DNA of 64,000 nucleotides from Methanomassiliicoccaceae archaeon (lineage in GTDB: Archaea; Thermoplasmatota; Thermoplasmata; Methanomassiliicoccales; Methanomassiliicoccaceae). Position 1 is the first letter of the stretch. Each line of letters begins with the position of its first letter. The DNA lies in assembly GCA_963741025.1 (NCBI GenBank), contig CAVUGW010000027.1:3589-67588 (forward strand). The letters run 5' to 3'. A model generated the notes under the pieces. It saw only the letters and a program-made list of their open reading frames with translations, had not been told where the DNA came from and did not search any database. Positions 12,370 through 21,973 of the stretch are shown here, in pieces. The position numbers and the translations under genes were made by a program.

Positions 12370-13368
12370 CAACTCAGTTGAACAATTCCTCCCGCCTCAT
12401 CGTGTTCCATGTCCAGAACTTGCTCTCGACCTCAGAGAACATGAGGTCGCGACGACGCGACCTCACCTCGCTACCGAGCGAGCGTTTCACAGCGGAGAAA
12501 ACGTACTCGACCATCCAACGAAGCGAGTACTCGTAGCGAACTTCCCATTTCTCCTGGCCAAGAGAGTTCCGTTCCCTGACGGCGAAAGGTCTGGCGTTCG
12601 TATGCCCTCGTGATAGTGTCCTAGCATCGTTGGCGATCTTGATGCCCGCTTCGATACCCTGGTCCCGCAAGAAACGGAAGCTGTCATGCGTGTCGTAATT
12701 ACCGTCGGCCAATACCCTTGTGATGACGATGTCCTTATCCAGCACCTGCTCGATGAGCTCGCAGAACACGGCGTTGTCGCCTATGGTGTCGTCCGTGACG
12801 ACCACTGCGAGCACGTCCAACGTCATCACATCGACCGCAACGTGCGCTTTCACAAAGCCCCGACGCTTGTGCCAGTGGTCCCGCATCCATTCTCCTCGAA
12901 GCGTGGTCGAGAAGCCCGTGCTATCGATGGCGACGATAGCTCTTCGAGGCGGAACGACCGGTCCCGCCTCTCCCTTCGATAAACGCTTCCAGATCGTCGT
13001 ATGGTCCGGTGCTTTGATACCGAGCACCGATAGCATTCGGCGCAGGTGCCCCTCCGCCGCTCTCAAGCTGAGGCGAAGCTCGATGATGTACCTCCTGACG
13101 AGCTCGAGCATCGCCGGTGGCAGAACACGTACGGCCGCCCTCGACGGCGGCCGTTAGCATCGTTCAACGAACGATGCCATAGCATCGCATCGATGCTCGT
13201 TCTTTCCCCTCTTCCAACATATCGTTCGTCGTTCTCGTGCCAAAAACTATCTATGTTGGCCTCAGAGGTCACTTTGCCTGGCATCTTTTTTTCACCAAAC
13301 AGCTCTGTGAGCGCAGAGCTGAAAAAGATCGCCAGGCACTTTTCCGCCCCATTAATTCAACTGAGTTG
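12370..13368 (-). mobile_element. IS5-family-like insertion sequence (999 bp) with 13-bp terminal inverted repeats and 6-bp target-site duplication
   Basis: IR CAACTCAGTTGAA at 12370-12382 matches the reverse complement of 13356-13368. Flanking direct repeat AGCAGG at 12364-12369 and 13369-13374. A DDE transposase lies inside. Confidence 0.75.
12374..13284 (-). CDS. IS5-like DDE transposase; frame break near 13110
   Basis: The 245-aa ORF has IAIDSTGF..VDV..LADGNYD.. spacing typical of DDE_Tnp_1 / IS5. The N-terminal ~55 aa are in ORF 13063-13284. Confidence 0.75.
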
Positions 13369-13374
13369 AGCAGG

Positions 13375-13638
13375 CCCCCAATGAGGGACCTGGGGATCGG
13401 CCAGATATGGATCGGGACAGTGGTCGTTCGCGATCCGGACGAACGAGGTCATACTGAGGAACCACCGACGTTCATATGAACCGGCACCCGGGGATCATGT
13501 TGGTCGAAACATATGCGCAGATGGACGGAACTAGTTGAACGATCCGCTATTCTATGATGATATTGTGATCTCACTTTAGCAAGGTCGAACCGCTAAAATG
13601 GAAGATCGGGAGACCGATCCGGGATCATCACAATAGTT
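13375..13638 (-). repeat. Copy D of the intergenic repeat family, truncated or interrupted at its 3' side by the IS
   Basis: Collinear blocks shared with copies A-C: CAATAGTTAAG (13631-13641), CGTTCATATGAAC, GGTCGTTCGCGATCC. Confidence 0.5.
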
Positions 13639-13959
13639 AAGGTCAGACGGACCATTTCTTTGATCGAGCGATCGCACGGATCGAACATTGTTAGGGAAAA
13701 CTATTAGACCAAGTTGATCACCGCATGGTATCGTCAAAACCAAGTCCTGTGATAATAGGACGGTTCGTCGCTAGGTGTCGAACTGGAGCGATCGTGCTCG
13801 AGCGTTATTGAAGATGAATTTCTCAAATCGACCCACTATGAGCGTAAACAGTTAATACCCCCTTGGTAAATATTGAATCAAGTCAATAAAGCGTTGGTAG
13901 AGTACCTTGACCACCTATAATGTTCAAGATTTTCAGAAAGGAAGGATCCTGAGGTCCTT

Positions 13960-15520
13960 TTGAACTTCATGCGTGCATCGGGAGGCCACTCTCTCATCGT
14001 GAAAGGGGACGCAGGGACAGGGAAGACCACCCTTGCCCTGCAGATAATCGAAGAGCTTTCTGGTGAACAACCGGATTATTATCTATCGACAAGGGTTTCC
14101 GACGAGGCCCTCTTCAGACAATTCCCCTGGGCAAGGGACAGGGCGAAAAGGGATAATATCCTCACCGCCGGAAAATCGTTCCTAAAAAGAACAAAGGACC
14201 CGGTACGTGAGGAGAGCCCAGCCATTCACCAGGTGACCATGCAGGCAGCAAAGGACCTTCTCAGAGCACTGAACCAGATGGAGAACAATCCAGTGGTCGT
14301 AAGAACAGAGCTCCATAAGCTGGAAGGGCAGGTCGAATCCGGCGAGATCAGTGCCGAGGAAGAGGGGAGGTTCATGGGCGAGATATCGGACGAAGAGATC
14401 ACCTTGGACCTCGGGATAATGTTACCAGAGATCGAGGTCGCTTACGATCTGGCCGAGTCGAACCTTCCGAAGAAGACCCTCATGGTCGTGGATTCCATCG
14501 ATGCCCTCTCAGAAAGATATGGTATTGTCGCATCAAGGATCATCAACATGCTCCAGAAGGATCTTGTAGAGAACTCTGGCACCAATATCATCTACACTCT
14601 AGAAAAGGCTGGAAAGACCAATCTCGACTATCTTGGTGATGGGGTCATCCAAGTGCTCTCGGAGGACAGGGGAGGCCGCCGGATCAGGCAGATCGTCATA
14701 GAGAAGCTCAGGGGCCAGCCTGTCGAAGAGTGGAAATACTTCTTCACTCTGGTCGGAGGTCGTCTCACTGTGTTCGAACCGACCTGGGTACGTATACCCG
14801 AGCAGATGAAAAAGCATGTTCCCGTCAACGACCCTACTAGCAGGATCGTATCTTCAGGGAACAAATACATCGACGATTACTTTGGCGGTTTCCCAAAAGG
14901 GTCCCTTGTTCTTCTCGAGTTCGAGCTCGATGTTCACCAGGATGTCGTTCGAAGCCTGGAACTTGGGGTAATGGCGGACTTCCTATCAAAGAAAAGGGGT
15001 GTCGTTTGGCTCCCGATGTACGCCACCGATTACAGCGTGATCGAGGAACAAATGAGCGCCCTTGTCGGAAAGGAAATGCTGGCCAGAGGGTTCCGGATCA
15101 CTTGACCCTGAAGCTGGTCAGGACCAACCGTTCTCGTTCGTCAGCGCTGTCGAAGGGACGGACGCTTCCCAGGACCTCAGGTGGAACAATCTCAAATATC
15201 TGTTAGGTGATTCTTCCGCTCCCTACCTTTCAATGTTAGGTCTGGACGCCATGGAGGGGGTCTACGGCCCCAACGTTTTCAAGGACACACTACAACATAT
15301 CGATGCGATGCGAAGAGGTGGGCATGTAGTGATCGCCATCGCGTCCACAATGTCCCAATCGCTCCATCAGTTGAGGGAACAGGCGAAGATACACATCAAG
15401 TTCGAGAACATGTCCGGAAGGGTCATGGCCTGCGGACAGAAACCACATACCCCGTACTATTATCTCGAGTTCAAGGGAGAACAGGACCTCCCGGCTCCAG
15501 TGCTCATGCCGATGATCTGA
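13960..15520 (+). CDS. KaiC/RecA-superfamily ATPase, two-domain; frame break near 15080
   Basis: Walker A GDAGTGKTTLALQ and Walker B-like LMVVDSIDAL. The second KaiC-like domain lacks a P-loop and continues in ORF 15062-15520. Confidence 0.7.
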
Positions 15521-15771
15521 TCTGTTCGAACGGGAGGGTCTCCATAAAATGTCAGGACCAGAACATTCTGCGGACTTGACCCGAGCTTTTGGTCCTTACA
15601 GCATGACCTCGAGCGAGCTGACGATCGATATCTGCCTTTATGATCTCTTCTTCGCCATACCAACCTCATGAAGCGACCGGCCCCATATGCCAGATGGATG
15701 GTTCATAAGAAGGTATCAGGTCTGATATCCGATAGCAAAAGTCTTTAAAATAACGGATCAATAAATATCCA

Positions 15772-16125
15772 ATGGATGAACAGTTCTCAAGTGATGAGGA
15801 GCTGTCCCGCCTGATCGCGGACGAGTACGCAGGGAAGATCCTTAGCGCTACTTTCAAGAACGCAATGTCGGTCCAACAGATCAGTAGATGCTGCCAGATA
15901 CCGATAGCGGTCGCGTACAGGAGGGTAGCGAAGATGGAGGATCTTAACCTGCTGAAATGCGTTGGATATGAGGAGGTCTATCGTGGAAAAAAGGTCTCCT
16001 ATTATCAATGCGCTGTGAACGTGGCCAAGGTCACCTTCTCCGATGGTAAGTTCATCGTCGAGGTGGATCGCGTGCCAGAAGGGGAGCTGATGCATAGGAG
16101 AGAGACAATTGCAGAGAAGGCCTGA
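15772..16125 (+). CDS. Winged-helix (ArsR/TrmB-like) transcriptional regulator
   Basis: YAGKILSATFKNAMSVQQISRCCQIPIAVAYRRVAKMEDLNLL. Paralogous to the next gene. Confidence 0.6.
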   Translation: MDEQFSSDEELSRLIADEYAGKILSATFKNAMSVQQISRCCQIPIAVAYRRVAKMEDLNLLKCVGYEEVYRGKKVSYYQCAVNVAKVTFSDGKFIVEVDRVPEGELMHRRETIAEKA

Positions 16126-16312
16126 TGAACTCTCGACAGCATGTCCTAATCTCGTTGGGGCCAATAAGACACTGGCAAAACAGTTATTTACGTCTAGAGT
16201 TTCTACCCGGTCAGAAAGAGGGGTGGGAACCAACATGGGAAAGCGCGTGAACGTACGGACAAGATCTCTGCCATCGTTTGGCATGGACCTAGGATGAGAG
16301 GGCGGGAGGGAC

Positions 16313-16708
16313 ATGGACGTTCTAAGGGTCTCTCAGCTATTGACCGATGAGTACGCGATCAAGATACTCGTTGCGACCGTTCGGCAACCGCGCTCGGCAC
16401 AAGATATCGCGGTCAAGTATGGCATCCCGATCGCCGCATGTTATAGGCGGATCAGGGACCTTGAAGCTGCCGGCCTTTTGGTGTGTAAAGAACGTAGACT
16501 TTCTCAGCAGGGTAAAAGGGTATCATATTACATCTCAATGGTGAAGAACGCTTACGTCTTCTTTGAGGATGGCCACCTAAGGGTAAAGTTCCAGCTCAAA
16601 ACGGGTGGCGCGGACAGGTTCGGGACCGATTGGCATGAGGTCCAACTGGAGCCTGGGTCCCACGGACCGAGCGAAGAGCACGAGGACGGGGAAGATGAGG
16701 AACAATAA
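16313..16708 (+). CDS. Winged-helix transcriptional regulator, paralog of 15772-16125, with acidic tail
   Basis: YAIKILVATVRQPRSAQDIAVKYGIPIAACYRRIRDLEAAGLL aligns residue for residue with the upstream gene. Confidence 0.6.
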   Translation: MDVLRVSQLLTDEYAIKILVATVRQPRSAQDIAVKYGIPIAACYRRIRDLEAAGLLVCKERRLSQQGKRVSYYISMVKNAYVFFEDGHLRVKFQLKTGGADRFGTDWHEVQLEPGSHGPSEEHEDGEDEEQ

Positions 16709-16824
16709 CTCGTCTGGCCAGGCAGTAATAATAAGCAGTACGTTCCCAAAAGTGTTATAAACAAGTGTTAGTATGTCCATCTTTGCCAAGCCTATTTAAT
16801 CGCTTGCTATTAGAGTGTGAACGT

Positions 16825-17694
16825 ATGACTGAACTCTTGGAGGAGCTCGAACAGAAGCGCCAATTGCATAATATTGATGCGGAAAAACACCGCCGGCAAC
16901 GCGACGAGCTTAATGAGAAGACCAGGGAATGGGTCGAAAAAAGGGATGCACTGAACGCTCAGGTCAGGGCTTTGGTCGACGACGCGGCCAAGCACCGTGA
17001 GAAAAGAGATACATTGAACGAGCAGGTCAAGGCCGCTAAGGAGAACAGGGACAAATGGAACAAAGCGGTCAATGAGCTGAACGAAAAGGTATCTAAGGTC
17101 AAGAAGGACAACCTTCCGAAGAACGGACCGCCGATATCAAAGCTCAAGAAAGAGCTCAAGAACCTAGAGTTCAAACAGATGACCTCAGTGCTAACAACTG
17201 AAAAAGAGCGAGAGATGACCGAGCAGCTTTCTAAGCTCCAGGCCGAAATAAAGGACAGAGAGAAGCAGCTAGAGCAGAACGATGAGATAAAGGGCGTCAT
17301 TAAGGAGCTGCGAGATGCCAAGGACAAGGCCGAGAGTTTTCATAAGGACGTTAGCCAGGCAGCAGAACAGGCCCAGGCGGAACATGATTCGATGATCCAG
17401 CTCTATGAAAAGGCCGATGCATTGAGAAAAGATGCCGACTCAGCTCAAGAATCCTTCATCGCGAACAAGCTGAACGCTGATGAAGAGCACAAGAAGCACA
17501 TAGAGAACATTCGCCAGGTCCATGACTATGATAAGATAATCGCGGGCATCCGACAGAAGGCTAGAAAGGCCAAGAAGAAAGAGGACGAGAGCTCCGCGAA
17601 GGCCGAGGCCGAGAAGATCTTTGAGAAGTTCAAGGCCGGCGAGAAGCTGAGCACCGAAGATCTCATGGCCCTTCAGAAATCTGGATACCTCTAA
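16825..17694 (+). CDS. Archaeal coiled-coil protein (COG1340-like)
   Basis: Heptad-rich, Lys/Glu-rich sequence throughout. Start taken at MTELLEELEQKR; the track ORF begins at 16765. Confidence 0.65.
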   Translation: MTELLEELEQKRQLHNIDAEKHRRQRDELNEKTREWVEKRDALNAQVRALVDDAAKHREKRDTLNEQVKAAKENRDKWNKAVNELNEKVSKVKKDNLPKNGPPISKLKKELKNLEFKQMTSVLTTEKEREMTEQLSKLQAEIKDREKQLEQNDEIKGVIKELRDAKDKAESFHKDVSQAAEQAQAEHDSMIQLYEKADALRKDADSAQESFIANKLNADEEHKKHIENIRQVHDYDKIIAGIRQKARKAKKKEDESSAKAEAEKIFEKFKAGEKLSTEDLMALQKSGYL

Positions 17695-17772
17695 AACCCT
17701 TTCATCTATCAATTCTTTTTTATTATAATATAGAAAAACATTCTGCTTTTGTCGTTGTTCGAGCGATAAACT

Positions 17773-17780
17773 ATAAATAG
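17773..17780 (+). promoter_or_regulatory. TATA-box-like element (TATAAATA) about 22 nt upstream of a hairpin RNA candidate
   Basis: Sequence and spacing only. Confidence 0.3.
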
Positions 17781-17801
17781 CCTTGAGTGAATATTAGGAA
17801 T

Positions 17802-17875
17802 GGGAAGCGTTGGGCTAGTTTACAGAGTGCATCCCATCCCTTCTGACAGAGCTAGCCCTTCCCACTTCCTTTTTT
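17802..17875 (+). ncRNA. Candidate small structured RNA (12-bp interrupted stem, 33-nt loop, T6 terminator)
   Basis: GGGAA(17802-06)/TTCCC(17859-63) and GGGCTAG(17812-18)/CTAGCCC(17852-58) pair. TTTTTT at 17870-75. No C/D or H/ACA boxes recognised. Confidence 0.3.
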
Positions 17876-18065
17876 CTGATCTTGAAATTCTCGATAAAAA
17901 GGTCGTTATTGTTGAATACACCTCGATCAAAATGATCTGGACCACCAAGTGAACGTTATCGAACGATCAAACTGGTGTTCTGAACATCGACCTGTGGTAA
18001 TATGGATCGACCAAGATGCCAACCTTTTTAACATTCTTTTACTCTCAGCTACCCAGGTGCATTAG

Positions 18066-19407
18066 ATGGTTCTCGAAGGCCTCGGCGATTCTCTGAAGAG
18101 CGTACTGCGAAAGATCGCAGGTGCCAGTCATATCGATGAAGCGCTGGTCAAAGAGGTCAATAGAGACATCCAGCGCGCATTATTACAGGCGGATGTTAAT
18201 GTCAAGCTCGTCCTCGAACTCACAAAAGAGGTCGAAAGGAGGGCGTTGAACGAGAAACCACCCGCGGGGACCTCTCCGAGGGAATATGTCGTTCGGATCA
18301 TATATGAGGAACTGGTCAAGATCTTGGGAAAGCAGAGGACCATCCCCCTCACGAAACAGACCATCATGATGGTCGGTCTTTATGGCCAGGGGAAAACGAC
18401 CACAACAGGAAAGCTCGCGCGATATTTTCACAAGAAAGGTCAAAGCGTTGCATTGATCGCCGCGGACGTCCACAGACCAGCGGCCTATGACCAGCTAAAA
18501 CAGATCGCTGAAAAGGTCGGTGTACAGCTCTATGGTGATCCAGGTCAGAAGGATGCGACCAAGATAGTAAGGAAAGGGCTTGAGCAGTTCAGTAATGTGG
18601 AGATCGTCATAATCGATACTTCGGGGCGCCACGCCCTCGAGGAAGATCTGATAAAGGAACTAAAACAGGTCGCCGACATAGCCAAGCCGAGCGAGAGGAT
18701 CCTCGTCCTCGATGCGTCGGTCGGCCAACAGGCCGGTCCACAGGCAAAGGCGTTCCATGATGCGGTTGGGGTGACGAGCGTCATCGTCACCAAGATGGAC
18801 GGCACAGCAAAGGGAGGAGGCGCCCTCAGTGCCGTATCCCAGACCCAGGCACCCATAGTCTTCATGGGTACGGGCGAGCACTTGACCGATCTGGAACCGT
18901 TCGATCCGACCAGGTTCATATCGCGACTGCTGGGAATGGGCGACCTTCAGACCTTGATGGAAACGGCCAAAGAAACGATATCGGAAGAGCAGGCCGAAGA
19001 GACGATGAAGAAGGTCATGGGGGGTCATTTCACTCTTAAGGAGATGTACGAGCAGATGGAGATGCTCTCTGGAATGGGGCCTCTTAAGAAGATCGTGTCA
19101 ATGCTGCCCGGAATGCCAGGCCTTTCGGACAAGGTAAACATGGACCAGTCCCAGGAACGTTTACGCAAGTTCAAGGTAATAATGGACTCCATGACCGATG
19201 AGGAGATGGCGGACCCAAAGCTCATCAAATCGGGGAGGATCAAACAGGATCGCCCGAGGGTCGGGGGTCGAGGGCAAGGACGTTAGAGAGCTTCTCAAAC
19301 AGTTCAACATGTCCAAAAAGGCGGTCAAGGGTTTCATGGGGAACAGAAAGCTCAGAAAACAGCTCATGAAACAGATGCAGAGCGGCGATATGGGGATGCC
19401 GAAATGA
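18066..19407 (+). CDS. srp54: Signal recognition particle protein SRP54; frame break near 19240
   Basis: N, G and M domains present: [31 protein letters not shown]. The M-domain tail [20 protein letters not shown] continues in ORF 19198-19407. Confidence 0.92.
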
Positions 19408-19991
19408 GGCGGTTCGTGGTGGTTGGTCACAAGGCGACCTCCTCTGGCGACTTCAGACTCGATGATCTTGCCGGAGGGGCGGGAAGACTTGATGTTCTGC
19501 TCAGATGCGTCAACTCATCTTTCTTCATATCTCATGACATTCGCCGCGATGTCGAGGCAAGGTTGGTTCTTCAGGGTGATCCGAGGCCCCCAAGGACCGT
19601 CCGGATCATGGGATCTGAGGTCAAATATCTAAATCCCGATGAAAGGTCCACCGGTGCTTTGTTCAGGAACGCCCTTCTGCGTGAGGACATTAATGAGGTC
19701 AGAAGCTCCCCTGGCATATACGTCTCTAACATGTCCTTCATGGACAATATCGAGGAATTGTCCAAAAAGAGCAAGCTGGTCTATCTCAAGGAGAGCGGTA
19801 CGGATATCCGTTCATCGGATCTGACGGACGATATGACGTTCATATTGAGCGATCATATGGACCTATCTAGCGAGGAGGAGAGCTCCCTTCTATCATACTC
19901 CCCGATGATCGTGAGATTGGGGCCCTTATCTTACCATGCCGACCATTGCATCACGATCATGAACAACGAACTCGACAGACGGACCGAGTGA
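19404..19991 (+). CDS. trmY: tRNA (pseudouridine54-N1)-methyltransferase TrmY (SPOUT, DUF358)
   Basis: [36 protein letters not shown] is the characteristic N-terminus. The start overlaps the srp54 stop (ATGA). Confidence 0.75.
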   Translation: MRRFVVVGHKATSSGDFRLDDLAGGAGRLDVLLRCVNSSFFISHDIRRDVEARLVLQGDPRPPRTVRIMGSEVKYLNPDERSTGALFRNALLREDINEVRSSPGIYVSNMSFMDNIEELSKKSKLVYLKESGTDIRSSDLTDDMTFILSDHMDLSSEEESSLLSYSPMIVRLGPLSYHADHCITIMNNELDRRTE

Positions 19992-20068
19992 GAACCTGTG
20001 CCAGGGCCTTCGTTGAGTGGATATCAATTTTGCGTCGAGCGTCCTAAACCTTTTAAGTATTATCGCCA

Positions 20069-20272
20069 ATGAGGGCGATCATGACGGATAAGATCCCGCA
20101 ACACAGCCATTGCCAAAACTGTGGCAAGGCGTTCATCGGGGAAGGCCGCTTTTGCTCCGAAGATTGCAAAGTGGATAAGACGGCCTTCATCAAAAAGAAG
20201 AAGAGACAATATACATTGCTCTACACGGTCGCATTGGTCATGGTCCTGCTAGTTGTTCTGTTCCTTGCCTGA
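20069..20272 (+). CDS. Small zinc-ribbon protein with C-terminal TM anchor (DUF2116-like)
   Basis: HCQNCGKAF..FCSEDC, then KKKKRQ and a hydrophobic tail. Confidence 0.55.
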   Translation: MRAIMTDKIPQHSHCQNCGKAFIGEGRFCSEDCKVDKTAFIKKKKRQYTLLYTVALVMVLLVVLFLA

Positions 20273-20280
20273 GGTGTTGG

Positions 20281-21246
20281 ATGAAGGTCGGTGTTGGTGG
20301 TACGTTCAATGTCCTCCATCGAGGACACAAGGTGCTTTTGGACAAAGCGTTCGAGGTCGGGGACGAGGTCTTGATAGGCCTCACATCCGATGCCTTTGCA
20401 TCATCCACTAGACGAGAGGTCCAAAGATATGACGAGAGGCGTTCCGCGGTGGAATCATATCTCGCCGATAAGACGAAACCATGGTCGATCAAAATGATCG
20501 ACGATTTCTCGGGCAACATAACCGAGGACAGAACGATAGGGGCCCTGATCGTATCACCAATGACATATGATACAGCAAAACTGATCAACCAGAAACGAAC
20601 AGAGCTAGGCCTTTTCCCTTTCAAGCTCGTCAAGATCGACGAGGTACTTGCAGATGATTGCACCCCCATCAGCGCGACGCGTATCATCAACGGGGAGATC
20701 GATGCCGAAGGTAAGATGCTCAGGACGATGTCGATCTCGGTAGGTTCGGAGAACGATCACAAGGTCGAGGCGGTCAGGAACGTGTTAGAAAGGCTGTATG
20801 GGAAGATCGAGGTAGAAGGTATGAAGGTCTCTTCGACCGTCGGTGAGCAGCCCAAAGGCCAGGAGACCATCAAAGGTGCGATAGCGAGGGCCTTCGCTTG
20901 CATCGGGACAGCAGACTATGGCATCGGTCTAGAGGCAGGTGTTTTCGAGACCGAGCAAGGGTTGTACGATGTACAATATTGTGCCGTCATAGACAAGAGG
21001 GGGATGGTGACCATAGGCCACGGACCCGGGTTCAAATATCCACCTGAGATCGCTGAGAGGGTCCGAAGAGGAGAATCGGTAGGCCAAGCGTTCAGGGAAG
21101 CATATGGATGGAACAAGGATGGCTCCAATGGAGGGGCCATAGGATATCTGACAAAGGGCCTGTTGAAGAGGACCGAGCTTACCGAGCAGGCCGTAATGGC
21201 CGCAATGGTCCCTAGGATAAGAAGAGAGCTCTATCCTGAGCTTTGA
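20281..21246 (+). CDS. Fusion of archaeal phosphopantetheine adenylyltransferase (cytidylyltransferase fold) and an ITPase/XTPase-type NTPase (DUF84/YjjX-like)
   Basis: N-terminal GGTFNVLHRGHKVLL..PISATRIINGEID. C-terminal SVGSENDHKVEAV..GEQPKG..ADYGIGLEAGV..GGAIGYLTKG. Confidence 0.75.
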   Translation: MKVGVGGTFNVLHRGHKVLLDKAFEVGDEVLIGLTSDAFASSTRREVQRYDERRSAVESYLADKTKPWSIKMIDDFSGNITEDRTIGALIVSPMTYDTAKLINQKRTELGLFPFKLVKIDEVLADDCTPISATRIINGEIDAEGKMLRTMSISVGSENDHKVEAVRNVLERLYGKIEVEGMKVSSTVGEQPKGQETIKGAIARAFACIGTADYGIGLEAGVFETEQGLYDVQYCAVIDKRGMVTIGHGPGFKYPPEIAERVRRGESVGQAFREAYGWNKDGSNGGAIGYLTKGLLKRTELTEQAVMAAMVPRIRRELYPEL

Positions 21247-21436
21247 AATGTTCTAGCTCTTGTGAAGGATGGGGCTCTGAAATCGTCCAGTTAATTTGCG
21301 GAGACCATTCTGACACAGCATATGTTGACCAACATGATGTGTTGGTCCTGGTCTTTAGGAGGGTACCTGCCGACCAATCCCTCTACTTGCTTCTTACGTT
21401 CGACCTTTCAGAAGGGAACTTTTTGCTCGTACCGAA

Positions 21437-21664
21437 CTAGGACCTTGCCTTCTCCGGGTTCGCCACTCTCATATATTCTTCGAGGGTCCCGCCGCATCTA
21501 CTGACCCCCACACAGCCGAATCGCCTGAACTTTGTGCAATAAAAGCCCTTATCATAGTTCGCGCAAGGTGGTTCCTTATCGGCCCTGCATTTCTCACCTA
21601 TGCACATGAAACCGTGATACATACCGTCGCATTTTCCGTTGGGAAGAATATGGAAACACTTCAT
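21437..21664 (-). CDS. Small cysteine-rich protein (8 Cys in 75 aa), paralog 2
   Basis: Start MKCFHILPNGKC overlaps the upstream stop as ATGA (21661-21664). The longer 114-aa track ORF would overlap paralog 1 out of frame. Confidence 0.55.
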   Translation of the reverse strand: MKCFHILPNGKCDGMYHGFMCIGEKCRADKEPPCANYDKGFYCTKFRRFGCVGVSRCGGTLEEYMRVANPEKARS

Positions 21665-21921
21665 CGGGACTTGCCTCCCTTCATGTTCTGGAAGTTCGAT
21701 AGATAGCTTTCCATCGATCCGCAATGCTCCTTTCCGGGGCAATAGAACCGTTGGTATTTTGAACAATACAGCCCCAACCATTGCTCGTTACAACAATCTG
21801 CTTGTTTGATCTGCACCTGCACTGGGGCTACGACATGGACACAGTCGTTCTCCCCGATACATTCCCTTGTCGGTACCGATCTGTGGGCACAAAATCTAGT
21901 GCCGTACTGATACTTGCACAA
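21661..21921 (-). CDS. Small cysteine-rich protein (9 Cys in 86 aa), paralog 1
   Basis: ORF preceded by an AT-rich promoter-like region. Shares the CIGE..C..C.N..G.YC.K..RF.C.G...CG..E.Y pattern with the downstream gene. Confidence 0.55.
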   Translation of the reverse strand: MCKYQYGTRFCAHRSVPTRECIGENDCVHVVAPVQVQIKQADCCNEQWLGLYCSKYQRFYCPGKEHCGSMESYLSNFQNMKGGKSR

Positions 21922-21973
21922 TTCCCATCCCTATTACTATATGTAAAAATGAGAATATAAATGTTATTAGATG

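Noticed and set aside
13553-13640. ATGATGA at 13553-13559 plus a flanking inverted repeat as a C/D-box sRNA
   Set aside because: There is no CUGA D or D' box at the required spacing. The region is better explained as part of repeat copy D.
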